A stretch of 64,000 bases of DNA from Styela clava. Its lineage: Eukaryota. The notes beneath the pieces are model-generated. The model saw nothing but the letters and a program-made list of their open reading frames with translations. It did not search any database and was not told where the DNA came from. The stretch lies in the NCBI RefSeq assembly GCF_964204865.1, contig NC_135264.1:1984001-2048000 (forward strand), in the 5' to 3' direction. Of this stretch, positions 11,668-26,532 are shown piece by piece. Made by a program: the position numbers and the translations under genes. The stretch's first letter is position 1. Each line of letters begins with the position of its first letter.

Positions 11668-14600
11668 CAGTGGCGGCGCGTGGTCATTTTGACAACCGGG
11701 GCAAGCTACTGCGGGACCAAGTCACCCCCATCTACGGGGACAGGATGAGCGCTGTAAGTTCTCCCATCATTTTATGAGTATAAAAACCATTCCATCAGTA
11801 ACAACCAATCGGCAAAAGCGACAATTTTTAACGATAAGAAAGTGTCTTTAAAACCGGTCCAAGTCAAGGGATAATAAATATAGACATAGTTTATTTTGAA
11901 ACCTCTTTCAAAAGGAAAGGCAATATTTACCCAGATAAATACAATGACATATTAACAGAAACTTCGGGAAAGCAGGCAAAACCTAAAATAAGGTTTAAAA
12001 CGTTACTATGAAGAAAGGAAAGGTAATGCAAAGATAAGGACATGCGTCGCTCACTCATAGATATATATGCTGCTAGACTTCTACTGCTTGAACATATATG
12101 CAGCACGCCGCGGCTTCTTGGAAGCAAAATGCTCAATAACGCACTGATTAAAGTCATGCATCCCAGAAATAACGTCTCTGTGAATGGATAAAACAGCCAA
12201 GGAATTTAATCTATCTTGCTTCATTGTGTTTCTGAGATACGTTTTAATACGCTTCAGCGTGCTGAATGTTCGCTCTGCGTCGGCGGAAGAAATAGGCGTC
12301 GTCAAAATGATGTCCAGAAATTTTGCAGACGCCGCAAAGGTAGTTACTAGAGTGTTATCTATGAGGAACCCATAGAGCGCGCAAGGTGATGTGATGTTCA
12401 AAAAAGTTTGATTGGTGTATATACATCGCAATTCATTTTCCAATTTACCCACGTTCATCATGGGGTAAAATTTGGAGACAGTAGCCAACAAATGGATGGG
12501 AAATTGACGTGCAAATTTTGAAAAATTTTTGGGGTTCATCAAAGAGAACGCGGCAAGGTGTTCAGTGCGCAGACGATCGCCTATTTGATTCACCAGAACG
12601 TCACAGCATTCCTTTGCAGACAAAATCAAACGCTGCGTTGTTTGCCCGCGGCGTAAAGAAGCACTCCATGTGTCGTCGTATTTTATTGTTTCCCGGATAC
12701 GAGATACAGCATCGCAGAAGTCTGAAATACACGACTGCACAGACGCTCCATCCATTAGCCTTGACTGCAATGCGCCGTATAATACATCCACGTGATAGAA
12801 TATTGTGGAGAAAAAAGCGAGAAAAAATGAAAACTCACCATCTTCTAGCAGACGCTTTAGACCTGCCGCCTCCCTCACAGAGCGTTCGTCCCAAACCGGA
12901 GAGCTCTGAATGCCATTGAAACACTCAATGAGATCAGACCTAATTTCGGACACGCCCTAAACCACGCGTGATTGGAAGTTCCAACGTGTTGGTGCACAAG
13001 CTGGGAGACGGCGGCTACATATCTGGCGAAGGAGGTCAGAGCGCTTCGGCGAAACGGAAAAAAATGAAGAAAACTCCGAAACATTTGCAAAAAATATACG
13101 GACGAGAGGGGTATCAAGACACATATTTTTAATAACGAGGTTAAATTGGTGTGCATAACAATGTAAAAAATGCGCATGAGGAAAATCTTCTTTTATATAA
13201 ACTTGAACATCATGTTTCGACCCACTCATGACTGCCGCGCCGTCATAAGTTTAACTATCAATTTTGACTTCGCGTTGTAAGGCTGTAACACTTCTTTCAG
13301 TACAGCCGATATCCCGCAAGCCGTGCGATCAACGATTGGTACAAAGCTGTGAAATCTCTCGGTAGGTTTACCATCTTTCACAAACCGAAAAATCACAGCC
13401 AGTTGGGAAACGCACGTGATGTCAGTTGTCTCGTCAGACTGAATCGAAAGGAACTGGCAATTCTCAATTCCCAGAGCCAAATGTTGTAAATAAATTTTAT
13501 ACATTGAGTCGAGCAAATCATTTTGGATATCCTTAGATGTCCCTTTCGAAACAGTTGCGGCATCAAGATGATCTCTCAATACTGTATCTAGGGATGCGGT
13601 GTATTCCACCAAAAATACCCCTCTATTAGAAGAGCCAGCCCGTTCATCGTGCCCACGGAGGGTCAGCTCGTGACAACCAATGAACTTCAAAACATCTATC
13701 AATCGACCGAGAACATGGCGGTTTTTCTCGACGTTTTGTTTGTGCCGACGAATAGAAACCGCGCGTCCTTCATCCAACTGTGCTGCAATATTAACATTTC
13801 CGAATGTTCGGTATTTTACTGCATTGTCCAGATGCTCCATAGAAGATTGATGATCCCTGGCATGCTCGGAAAGATGTTTAAGATCTCTAAAACCAAATTT
13901 ACATCAACGTGAGTCACGGGCGGTAGCAAAAAGTAGGCAATAAAAACAAAAAAATGCATTTTTGTCCTCGCTGTAACACAACCATTCGTGTTTTTTATAC
14001 CAAGTTTCTGCGCAGAATGTACGCCGACGCTTTCCTCCGTCATGGGATTGTTCCAGTGAACAATTTTTTGGTTGATAAGGCCCAAGACGTTGTACCTCTA
14101 ATTTTTGTTCCAGCGGCAGCTGCGAAAACGGAGTGCGAAGTAGTGCATCAACCTTATTCATTATGAGGTCTAAGGCTAAGAAATGCGAAGCCGGAAAGAA
14201 GTGAGGAGCTCAAAAGGAATGTGGAAAATCGAAAGCAAATGGACTAAAGGTCTCTAACTGATTCAAATAGCGAAACAAGCGACAAAAACGAAGGCGAGGA
14301 AACTATCAACTCTTCAAGCAACCAACGAACGAGAAGGAATGCGTGAATATGTCAACAAGTTGTTGTAAGAAACGTCGGCATTGTGTCGTCATAATTTCGG
14401 GGCTAGCCCCGATCGGCCCCGATGATTTAGTAGAAGAAACAGAAAACAAACCAGACAAACGCGGCGAGTGGAAGATAAAAGAAAGAATACGATATACAAT
14501 GAGCAACCGGGGCAAAATCGGCGTCGCCCCGTCGACGTTCGGCGAAGGCTTTACGAGCGAAAAATGAACCATGTCGGGAGAATATGGCTAGTGTAGACAG

Positions 14601-14701
14601 TCTGTGCAACCGATATTGAGGTATTTTTCGAATATTTTTTATTATACCGAAAAAACAACCGGGGCATTGCCCCGGTTGGCCCTATTGACGCGCCGCCACT
14701 G
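11668..14701 (-). mobile_element. Full-length hAT DNA transposon with ZMYM1/DUF4371-type transposase
   Basis: 14-bp perfect TIR CAGTGGCGGCGCGT at 11668 and its reverse complement ending 14701; 8-bp TSD cctatttc / tctatttc; repeated subterminal caaccggggca motifs. Confidence 0.93.
12081..14161 (-). pseudogene. Disrupted hAT transposase
   Basis: Motifs WLCYS..FCFYC (TTF-type zinc finger), LRGHDE, DETTD, YDGA, HCYAHQFNL, PTRW and AERTFSTLKRIKTYLRNTM. In-frame TGA at 13904-13906, frameshift near 13255, in-frame TAG at 12957-12959. Confidence 0.9.
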
Positions 14702-17700
14702 TCTATTTCTCAAAGTTTCTCAGCATATATGCCTTTACATCTATCCAAGAATACAGTCAAGCAATTTAATATATTGGATAAATATATTAACGTCTACGTC
14801 TACGCTCAATTTACAGCTGTACACCAGCCTTTGTTATAGAAATACAGACTGATGTTAGGCTGTTTGGCACAAGCTCCACTAAAAGGTATGCTATAATAGG
14901 CGTACAGTCACCTCATTTCTTCGAATCCGATGCGTCGCAACGAGATAAATAAAACACAATCATATCTTCAATATAAAAGAATTATAAAACATTTGTTTAA
15001 GATATGCATGATTCATGGAGAAATTAGTAAGCGGAAGTTAGGTGTTTACGTTAATAACATCCTTTTGGTAAACATTTAATTCAACTCAATTCACATAGGA
15101 ACCGCCGACTTCAGCAGCTGTGTTTAAAAAGCCATGTTAGTCAGATGTTTGCGGATATTATGAAATTTTCCAAAATGAGCAAGCATACTTTATTCAACAA
15201 AGAAAGAACGCGTCGATGAAAAAATTTAACTTTGACATTGCTGTTTCAAATATATATATTTTTTTTTTGATGAATCTCAGATTCTCTATAAACTAATAGA
15301 AAATTACACCACTATATTATTCATGACGGAAGTTGCTAGAAGACTATTACTTATATTATATTCAAAATTCCACCGAGCCCAATGGGATTCGCTATGGCGG
15401 CTACGTTATTTCAATTTAGAACACTTTTTATGACATACACGCTAATACATATGATATATATTTGAGCATTGCTTTCTCGGTTCTATAACTTTGTTTAATC
15501 ACAAGGTGTCAAAAGGGTAGTATTGATTGAAATTTTAACAGTCACTCAAAAACAATTTTCCCTCAGACAGACTCACTCAGCACGATGTTTTGTTGTGTTT
15601 CTGATATTTAGGTATAAATGAAATAACTTATTAGTCATTTTGTCCTCCGAGGAGACCAAATAAGTTGCAATATTCAAAAACTAATACCACAGATGCTGCG
15701 ATAGAAAATAAAATTAGCTATCAATGCTTTTAAAAGACGATTCGTTAATATTTTGATAGTTTTCTAACGTCAACCCGCGAAAACACCCTTCAAATAAGCA
15801 TCATACATTTTGCCTATTGAAAAGTTAGTTATAAGGGGAATTATCGAAAGTTGATTTTCCAAACTCCGATAACAAAAATCTTCAGCTTGACAGTTCCAAT
15901 ATGTTACTTCTAATTATAGCGTAACATTTTGAATTCATCACTTCATTTATAAACATAAATCGATGCTCAAATTACGCAAAGGTTCAATTACTATCATATA
16001 GCTAATTCAATGAGATAATCATAACTGTCACTAGCAGGCGCGACGTAGACGATCACGCATGATAGAATAAAAACAATATTTCCATAAACTGAAATGAAAC
16101 AGCAAAATTCTGAATGATATAGCGGATCTCAAAGGGAATTTGGAATAATAAATAAACTAGGCAATAGCTTTTTCGGAGCTACTTCCATCTTTAATTACTA
16201 TAAAGTTGAAAATCTATTTGTCGATAAAGTTACTGAAAAAAGCAATTTTTCACAGCAGGAAAAACGCTACAACAACAAAGGTTTAGCAAAACGAACAAAA
16301 CTTGGTGTCTTGCAACTGTTTATTACTGAAATTCGTGAAAACTATGAGCTTCATGCAATTTAATAATAAGAGTGTACACGAATACAAAGATAAAGAAATC
16401 TGCAACTCGGGTTGTGTTTCTTGATTTGTGTCGTTTTGCCAAATATCCCGAAGGCTGGCGGAGTACTGTGAGAATTTGTATGTTCCAGTATTCATTTGCC
16501 AGTGTAACCGCTTGGTTATGACAAAGTTATATTTCTTTATGAAGTGATTTACCTTCCTTCGTTTATTTTAAAATGATGTTTGAAAAGTATGATATTGATT
16601 ACGCCACGGCGTTTCGGCCAACAAGCAATTGCACTTTTAGGGTTCCGATCCGGCGCAGAAGCGTTTCGTAAGTGTCTAAAATCTTGACATATTGACGTAA
16701 CGCTATATTCGTCTCAAAGTCCTCATATTTCGAAATTTCCTAATTTTTATCAGAAAATTTTTGCTAATTTTTGCTTGATTGTGTGTTCAAAAAATTCAAA
16801 CGGTATGTTATTCATGTACTTTCCTAAAGCAAAAGTCGGCTGAGAAGTCAATATTGGCTTCTAAAATATTAAAAAAAGAAATCGACGGGAGGGAGGAGAC
16901 AGGTATTGACCGATAGTGCTATTTGTAGGAAATTCTGTTATCAAATTTCTGTTATCAAATCAATTCTTGTTTTTTTAATTTTGTATAGCTATAGCATTGA
17001 TTCTAAAGTAAGTCCAATTTAATTTTATTACTCGGTAGCCACATTTATTTGATACATACCAATTATGTTTTGTTCTTACAGATACCACGTACCAAGTAGA
17101 AACAAAAGAAAAAAAGGTCTCATCCCGGAGAAAATGATCGGGGTAAAATACTAAACAGGAAAAAAGCCACATTTTTGGATAGCAATAATAGAACTTTTTT
17201 AATAGAAAATCTTCTGTCATTTATAGCAAAACGTTTATGGCACAGGGATTTTGTAATGAATGAGACTCTGACGACTGATACACATTACGAATGAATATAC
17301 ATCATGATTTTATCAATCGGGGAAATGATTTCATTACAAATATAGCTTTAGTTGGTATTTGAATACAAGTCATTACTTTCTATTACATTCGTTTCAATAT
17401 TTTGTTGCCGGTCCGCGAAGTTTTTCCATTTGCTTTTACTGGTTCGAGGCGTAGAAAGATAACCCTAGTCTAAATCATGCAATGCGAGGATATCGTTAAA
17501 ACAACTTCATGTTACCATCTGTTCAAAGCGAGAGTGTGAGCTCCTTCAAAAATTGAAACATATTATCTCTGTAGTGGAAGTTAATTTTTTTTTATTGCTT
17601 ATCGGAGTGCTTTCGTATAAGTTTAAATTATCTTGCTTTTTTATCTACATTTTAAAAATCACAGTGATCACTTTGAATGAGCAATATGCACATCAAATTA

Positions 17701-18032
17701 TTTTTACTCGAGTCTAATCGACTGAGGGATCTTATCGGTTATATTTAAAACTTCCGAAACGACCGTGTAGATATATATATACGAGTTCATTCTTATCCGA
17801 ACAAGCAAGAGGTAATAACTGCAAGAGGTAGAAAAATGCATATTTGTATTGTGAGGACCTCATGGTCGTTGGCAAATATTTGATTTTGATTCTAATTTAG
17901 AACTTCGTACTATTGGCTGAAATTTTTTACAAGTTCTACTCTCATTCAGCATTGCGATGTTTGATAGCTAGCTAGCCAGGCATTTAAAAATAATCAGGTG
18001 AACGATAGCGTTTATCAAAAGTTATTTCCAAG

Positions 18033-21000
18033 ATGGGAAGAAAGTTAGCGACAGGGTTTGTTTTTGCATTGTGCATTTCTTATTTTCTGTACATACCATA
18101 TCCGGATGCATGTGATTTTCCGATATTGGTAAAGGTGTTTTTTAGCGCGCTCAAACTACTTGATTTCGCGGTAAGTACATTTTTGTTCTCAATCCACTGC
18201 CAAATTCTAGACGGCGTATACTTCGAACACGTGTTTCCCAATGAGCGTTTGTTTCGTGATTTAATTAGTACTGCTAACCAAATTTCATGTGTCTGTGTGG
18301 CAAGATTATTCGTTAAATAATCGCCAAAGGGTTATATCTACCGATAGATACATTACATTAGTACATTAGTAATACATTTTATTTTTATTTTCAACAACTG
18401 TTCATTAATAAGTAACGTGTTTTTGCCAGTGCATTGAAAGAAATAAGAAATAAAAATTAATTGTTCCAGGGCGGCGTATCGGTATGGCTCGGTGGAAGAT
18501 ATTCAACTCCTTACAAACTAACAGATTACAATCTGGCAAAATCAAGCGATGTGATGACAACGATAGCTGTGTTCGATGGTGTTGAAGTTGCGATTTATCA
18601 TCCTAAAGGTCGGTTTGGATTGAAATAACATATTTCGAGGCCATAGTGAAATACAGCGGTGATATTGCATCTATTTTACAGAGGCTATATATTCTGATTA
18701 TGAAACAAGTTTTAGTCGGAAACGTTTTTGTTAAATATCGTATGTCTTTTCGCACAAGGTCAAGTTTTATTGCCGGCATCGGTGTCTCCAGTATACAAAA
18801 CTATATCGGTCACAAAACAATGTAAAAACTGACAACGATGTTAACTATGAAGCAATCTATGTATGCTCTGTCAACAATGCAACAACTAATGAGACTTATT
18901 ACCTACCTAAAATAGCTTACGATGCCAACATATAGAAGCTGACACAGCTTGATTTTGTGCTTCAAGCATTGCATCATTTGTTATTTGCAGGCGTTTCTTC
19001 CATAAATAAATGTTGTGTGCTAGTGATTTTCGCAACTCTGCTATCAAAAATGTCTACACCAGGCATGTCCAACCTTTTTAGTGTCGCGGGCCACTTTCAA
19101 ATGAGGAAACTCATCGCGGGCCGCAAACGTTTTTACCAAACTTAAATACCATCCAAATTCCAATTTACGTTAGAATTTGAGCGTCGCTAAATCAAACGCC
19201 TGGATTGCACAACACTTATACGCAATACTTATGAAAACAACATGCACACAAAGACTACGAACCATGAACTACTCAATTTTTATGCAAAATGCATAACTTT
19301 CAAGCAATAATATACATTGGCATAAAAATTAAAAAAGTCGGCAATTTCTTTTTCAACTAGTGCGAAACTTGCCTTTGAATGTCATTGCTCAAGTGTTTAA
19401 TTAATATCAACTGGTATAGTTTTGATACCGCACAACGTAACTGGCTTGTCAAATTGTCGTTCGCCAGCTTATTCCTATGCTTCGACTTCATAATTTTTAA
19501 TTTCGAAAAGAAAGATTCGCACAAATATGTTGTGCCTATTGCCGGGGAAACTCATCTTCATCGATATAGTGACTGTATAATTTAAGTTTTCTATTTCTTA
19601 GAAACAAGCGTGTAAGTTGCGTACTTAACTGGACATCGATCAATTCAAGTTACATATATTCTGGGGCCTCTTCTACCCGAATGTCAAATGGACACATGAA
19701 AATTTCAAAGAGACTTTCGAATTTTAATAAAAATGAAAAATGAACTGCTTACTTCAATCCAAATTGAGTTTTATACAGTTCAAGCTTTGTGATAAACGCC
19801 TGTATATCTTCATAACAGTCTGTAATCCACTGTGTAGAAAACTCTGTCTTCACAATGTGTAGAAAATTCATTGTATCGCCACAGATGTTGCACGCTTGAG
19901 TGGTCCTCTGTAAAATCATATTCTGTAGCGCTTAACGAGTCTAACGATGCTTTTCTTATTTCGGATCCCCGTTAAATTAAAGCCTGAAATCTGTTAAGAT
20001 TTGATATCATACCAGGAAAATTAACATAAATTTCAAGTGTGCCGCACAAATCCTCCGTGTGGGCCGCATGCGGCCCGCGGGTTGGGCATCCCTGGTCTAC
20101 AATACACCATTACGTAAAATTTGACGAAACTGACTACATTATTTTGGGGGCGTGGCTATTGTGTTAAAATTCGACAAATCAGCTAAACGCATAAATGTCT
20201 TTTTGGTCGTGGTCACAAGATTTGTCTCTTAGTCAGAAATATTGACCGACAACATAGTTTGCTATTTCATGTCAACGTAAAGCAGTCTTTGCCCTCTAGA
20301 TATCTCATTTTTTTTGTGTAGCAATGGTTTTGTCCACACAAGTGGAAAATTTAACACGAAAAGAAAATGTTTCGTCGCCATTGAATCCTATATGGGTTCA
20401 GCCGTGGAATTAAATTCTGTTATAGAGTACTACAACGCATAAGTATTTAAATTGTTTTGCAGAGTTTGCTGAAAACCGACCAGGATCAGCGATGATATAT
20501 TTTCACGGTGGAGGTTTCACTATAGGATCAATAGGTAATTTGAATTTATACCCCAAGATATTTAAATAATTTGATTACTTTCTCAAGTCTTTACGAGATT
20601 TAAGTTCACAGTATTATCTGCTAACAATCAAAGTTTCTTGTTAGAAGATTCTTTACAATACTTCGATTTCCTCCTACATTTTCTTGACGAAATTTAATCT
20701 CGAGTGAACAAACTTTCATAAAAAATCGAGTATTCTTTTCCATTTTTCTTTCAGCGTCCTATGCATCTTTAACAATGAAAATCGCTGAAAAAACGGGAAT
20801 GCTTGTAATAGTACCAGAGTAAATATCATTCCTATATAATTTTTTATTCGTTCAATTTTTAAAATGTGGTCGCTATGATTGGTCGTTCACATTATCTCAC
20901 AATCAAAATATCATAAAATTGATTTGTTGTGAAATATAACTTATCTAAATTTCCTACTTAAATTCTTGTGAAAACGCTTACCATCTTCCTGATAGATAAT

Positions 21001-24000
21001 TCATATACCGTAAGCTAACTAATATTTCAGTTCACACAGAATGCGCAATAATTTCACCAAGAATCGAGTATGCAAATCACGTATTTAAATTGTACATTTG
21101 ATTTTTTAACTAATGTCTGCCTATAAGATAGATTCATTTACTTAATGCGCGTTCTTGAATTTGGTGAATTTCACTCTATAGCAAGTAATAATCGTGAATC
21201 GTAAAATCCTGTGAATTTGTTTTTCAGGTACAGACTCGCCCCTGACCACCCATTTCCCGCAGGATTTGATGATTGTCTGCGCGTCACAAAATATTTTATT
21301 GAAAGAGCCCGAGAATTTGACGTGGATCCGAATAAAATTGTATTATCAGGAGATAGCGCAGGTCATTTTTTCTAAGTGCAACCTAACCTACTAATACAAA
21401 TCTTTTTTTGTTTTTTTTAGTATAACTTCAAAATGCATATGACCATACATTGCTAATACATATTACAAATAAGTATTATTGAAAGATACGCTATGCATTT
21501 CCCTTATAATAGGGTTGGATTATTCGGATAACGGATAACACGATAAGCGGTTAACCGAGGGGTATTTTGCTATCTGATATTATTGTGCCGGTTGCCGGAA
21601 TGAGCATGAATAATGCATTTGCTCATTAGTGGTTTTAATATTTTTTGTTAAGTGGCGGCTGACATCCCCAGAGCACATAATAAAAACTTTTATCCACCCT
21701 TTTTGCTCATATTTTAGCCTTCCGTAAATTGCTGGAGTGAACTTCACGATCACATCACCAAAAACCCAGGCTTGTCCATGAGACATATTTTTCTGTCCCA
21801 TTCCCATCCCATCGAATAGCAATTATGCCTGTCCCACTCCATGGGATTCCCATTGGAATATAATCCAATAAAAATTGTTAAATTTAGCTTTAGCGTTTAC
21901 TAAATAGGACTACATGTACGAAGAGACCTGCAGGACAACAAAATTTACGGACTTTGTTAACTTTATATTTATAACTATTATACATGTGTTCACAAAGTAT
22001 ATTGTTAATGCTGAATATATTTTGCTCTTTATAACTTATAAGAGAACTATGCTCAAATATATGGACACGAAGTCCATAACGAAATGTTTGACCATCATTT
22101 GCCGGAAAATCATACGTTTTTCGTGTCCCACAGGAAATACAAATGTGTGCTGTCCCATCCCATGGGATTCCCATTCCCATGGACAAGCCTGCAAAATACG
22201 CATTCGCTTTATAAGGTTGGGTTGGAAATATAAGCATGTAAATGAATTCACGAACGAAGTTTTGAAGGGGTAGGTGGGAAGATGAGGCAGTCTGAAGGAT
22301 GACGGTTTTGGTGATGACTATTTTCGCTGTCGCTGTTATTGCCATTGGGTATATTGTCGGGAAAATGGGACGTGTTTTGGTTCGGGATTGGACACAACAC
22401 CAATACCGCACGATCTACCCCACTTAGGCTATGTATCACAAGGCTTTGTCGGTGTTGGATGGCCTCTTTTCTATCCTACATTTAGAATTTGTTGGAGATC
22501 TGCCGCGGCCGGGTGGTACATTTTGATTTTGATCTGGTGCATTGGGCTTTTACGGACATATAACTTAGGCCTACACTGGGGGAAGTGCGATCCACGGATT
22601 GCTGATATTGTTTATGTCCATAATTTCATGGCTTTCCCGGGTAGTTTGTTTGCCAGTGCCCACTGATCAGCATTTGTTTACTGATTTTTTTTTTGTCAGT
22701 ATCGTTCGGCTTACATAAGCCTTACCGTCAGCTTACGTCGGCTCTTACTACTGAACAAAAATTTGCACCTATGTAGGTTGTCATCATTGTGTATATTTTT
22801 CAGGTGGAAATATGGCAGCTGGAATAAGTGTTGAACTTGCTAAACAACTCGACACCAATCAGAAGCATCCAGTTTGTATGATGAACTTAATTTATCCATC
22901 ATTGCAGAAGGCGAACTTCCAGTTACCGAGTTTCCTGCAGAATCGAAATCCTCCAACACTACCGCCAGAATTAGTTGGGCGTTTTAGTTTAACTTATCTC
23001 GGGTGTGTTCGAAATCACCCTAAAACAATATTCATGTGCTATATATGTATATATATAACATAGAATTCAATTTTATACATTAGATTGAGAAAAATATAGT
23101 TGCGCAAAAATTTTATTGAAAATCGATCGATCAATTAATCTAATTACAATCTATTCGTTCCATAAAAAATAAGTTATCGATCTGGATCGAAAATTTAGGA
23201 TGCAACTCTGTGAGAAATGACAGTTGATAAAGCTGTGTATTGCATCCTGATTTTGCATTATGAAATTTCAAAACTCGGCGAATTTCAGCTTAAAGTTGAG
23301 ACTTTTTTGACCAAACTCTCAGATTATTGATCCGTTTGTATGAGTGAATTTTAAATTCCACAACGATTGATACCCTTGACTCCAACTTTACAAATGATCA
23401 ATATTGCGTGAAACTTTCTATACAGATTTGAAAATGAGACCAGCTTTATTCCGTTGATTCTTAAGAATGCTCACATGATAGGATTCGATGATAAAGGCGG
23501 AGTTCTGCAAGGAATGAGCGAAAAATGGATTCCTCAAAAGTAAGTGTGGTATATATTAATATAATACATATAATTCATTTTCTTCAAGTTAAGAGCGGGC
23601 TACCGATTCAACTTTAATCAATATACTTTCTTGTTGTACAGAATGTAAACAACAGCTGAGCTATGGTTACAAATTAAATTTTCATATTTGTTGTTAAAAT
23701 GATGTAGACTACATGTTAACTTCGGGACTAGTTGCTGTTGGAACATTCGGATTGTTAGCAAATTCATCGTTTATTTAACTATAGTTTGATTGCCGCCAAC
23801 ATTAACCCATATTTAAACTTAACCTCTTTATTTTGGTTTAACAAATATTCCAGCAGCTTATCAGAAGTAAAACCACAAACGTTGTCGCATTCGCGTATTT
23901 ACTGCAGCGTTGCGGGCAAAAGTTTCTTCCCCGTCGAACAATACCTTGTAAAGAAAGCCCGAGTGATGATAAATTCCGAAAAAATTCAGCAACGCATAAT

Positions 24001-24844
24001 TTAATAACAGATATAAAGAAAGAACTTATTCAAAACCTGAGATTGCACAACTCACTGACGAAGAAAAAAAGTCGTTTTCAGCTGTGTCTTCAAAGCTACA
24101 GTCCGTAGTGTCTGACACGAGAATGGGGCCACTTGCTGCATCTGACTCATTGTTACGAAAGCTTCCTATAGCCAACGTGATGACGTGTGAATATGACGTA
24201 CTTCGTGACGACGGCGTGAGTTTTTGGACATTTTAAGTTTTTTAATATTGGTAAATGTAACTTACTTATCTAATGTAGTAAAGCCACGGATTGGGTTTCC
24301 CTTTTGATTCATGTCGTATTTGTTTGCTTTTTATTTTTCAATAAGCCTGACCAAAACTCGAATATTTCCCAATATAGCCAGAATCAAATATTCTAGAAGA
24401 ATGAACATTTATACAAATAATTCAAACAACATTACCTTACACTTCAACTAATCAGGCGCAAATCGCAATGGCTGGACAAACCAGTAATGAGTAAATGAAC
24501 AACAGCAGTCGCTCAACTCTCTCGCCTTCCTTGCTTGTGATTCGAAAATCACGTTATAGTTGATTTGCATCAAACTCAATTTTAAATATTTGATGCGTTT
24601 GGTGAGAGCTGGTTTATAATCTTACAATCGGCATAACTTTACCTTTGTAATCGGTTGATACATTCATGTTCAGATAATCTTCTACGAAAGAATGAAAGCA
24701 CTTGGGAAACGAGTGACTCACCAAAATTGGGAATTTGGCGCTCATGGTTTGATAAACATGTACGGTATTGCAGAGTATTACCAACTGGAGCGGGAAATGA
24801 ATTACATGTTTGAATTAATTAGCAAAGTAGTGGAACAGTGTTAA
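18033..24844 (+). CDS. Arylacetamide deacetylase / NCEH1-like (HSL-family) esterase, copy 1
   Basis: Exons 18033-18170, 18470-18608, 20463-20534 (FHGGG), 20755-20818, 21228-21361 (YRLAP..GDSAG), 22804-23002, 23426-23539, 24011-24215 (CEYDVLRDDG), 24674-24844 (GAHG, TAA). N-terminal hydrophobic anchor. Confidence 0.9.
19060..20094. mobile_element. Non-autonomous hAT element in intron 2 of esterase copy 1
   Basis: TIRs caggcatgtccaacc / ggttgggcatccctg; TSD gtctacac / gtctacaa; subterminal gcgggccgc motifs. Confidence 0.82.
21767..22191. mobile_element. hAT-type MITE with CAGGCTTGTCC TIR and cccatggga repeats
   Basis: TIR caggcttgtccatg / catggacaagcctg; imperfect TSD caaaaacc / caaaatac; a second copy lies inverted at 48544-48902. 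Confidence 0.8.
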
Positions 24845-25759
24845 TTTTTGGCCAAATTCCATCATATAATTCTTACCTTTGTAAAATGTTCATATTTTTA
24901 ACTCAATTCGGATAACCAAATTGTATTCGCCTTTTATTCTCGACCTGTGTATCGTTTCTAATACTGCCTTCGTCTCGCCAATTTCCGGCCAATCTCTTCT
25001 CAGTAATTCTAACCGCATTTTGCTCCAGCTTCATTTAAAAAAAATCTATGTCATGTCATGAATCCACCTTGCACCGAACCTCCCATGACTATAAGAAAGG
25101 TGACTGAGACACATCCAGCGAATTTATTCGTGATAGGCCATGGACATATGTATATATATATATGCATTTTCGTTACCAGTTGGATTTTGCGCTTCAGAGA
25201 TCGCAGATTGTTTGCGCCATGGTTTCCTTTGAAACACTTGCGGCGTTGCTGCTTTAGACAAAATGCATCTATCAAAAACAAACAATCTGAAATGCTTCTG
25301 GCGTCTAATGAGTATTTACTGATGCGTCATTCTGCGATATAGCACAAAAGCCCTTGACACTTCATTGGTCGACCTTTGCTCAGAGATCAGTCTCCTTTAT
25401 TTGTGAGTGAGTGCGAGTGACCTTCCTTTGAACAAATTTCATTACAAGAAACAGCAGCATGAAAAGCAACAAATTGACCTAAAGACGGGATCAGAATCAC
25501 AGATCTGGATTTGCCTGCCATAGACCAGTGATTCCCAAACTTTTTTTAATATCGTTACCCCTAAACCAGAAGTTCAATTCTTCTTGAAAAGAATGGGATA
25601 TTCATGTTGAAAGTCAATCCGAAATTTTCAAATGTAATATACGTATCTGTCTTTGCGAAAGAAACTGAGAAATTTCACTTTCGCGGTCATATAGTTATCA
25701 CTTTTTCTCTTTATGCAAAAATGGCGATAATACAAACACCTCCTAACCATCCCCTAAAC

Positions 25760-26532
25760 CAGGGGTCACCAACGCGTTGCCCGCGGGCACCAAGTCGCCC
25801 GTGAAGACCTTACGATTCGCCCGAAGGTCTGTTCCAAACTAAGTATAACAACGGCGCTTATGAGTAAACTACATCAATAATTTCTGTCCTGCTATTCTTG
25901 TGTAAACCACACTTATATGGAAATCGGGAAGGGCACTATATTAATTATTGTAGCCATCAACCTGATTTTTATTTGATCTCAGTAATGTGACGGGTCAATT
26001 AACAGTCTTGCAATTATGACATCACACTGATATCACTTACCACGAACCCACAGCGTAGTACGGGCAGAAAAAGCTCGCGATTCAAATCATACAGCAATTC
26101 TATTTTACGAAACCATTGTTTCGTTCAACCTATCTTTGTGAATCAACATTTTTGACATAAACTGAGGATAGGATGGGATTTACATATTTATCCCGGGGGA
26201 GAAGATAGCCGATAAGACGGCTTAAACATATGGCGAACCAAGGCCTCTCGTCCGGTTACCATTTCATGTCGGGTATGGGATTAGTTAGTTATTTGTTTTC
26301 GTAAGCATGGACTTGATGGCGAAGGAAGCCATCCCAACGACGGCAAGGGTCCAGCAATCCTCTCGCACATAACTATCCTCGCATGGGATTCTAACCTGCG
26401 AACCTAACGCTTAGCACACTAACGATGGCCACACAGCCGCGACTTTTTAGAAGTATACATTGAATTGGTAGCCCGCGGCTTAATCTGTACCCAGAAAGTA
26501 GCACTCGGCCTCAAAAAGGTTGGTGACCCCTG
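25760..26532. mobile_element. hAT-type MITE nested in the 25526 element
   Basis: TIR caggggtcaccaac / gttggtgacccctg; perfect 8-bp TSD ccctaaac. Confidence 0.88.
26166..26440 (-). mobile_element. tRNA-derived SINE nested in the MITE
   Basis: The minus strand begins gcggctgtgtggcc... with a B-box-like ggttagaatcc and ends in an atcc-type simple-repeat tail; a related fragment lies at ~52008-52100. Confidence 0.6.

Noticed and set aside
21890-22411. 173-aa and 119-aa ORFs, with similar ORFs at 48376-48775
   Set aside because: The similarity comes from two copies of one MITE; no coding signature.
26380-26440. tRNA-like sequence on the minus strand
   Set aside because: No complete cloverleaf, and it continues into a body and tail repeated elsewhere; treated as a SINE head.
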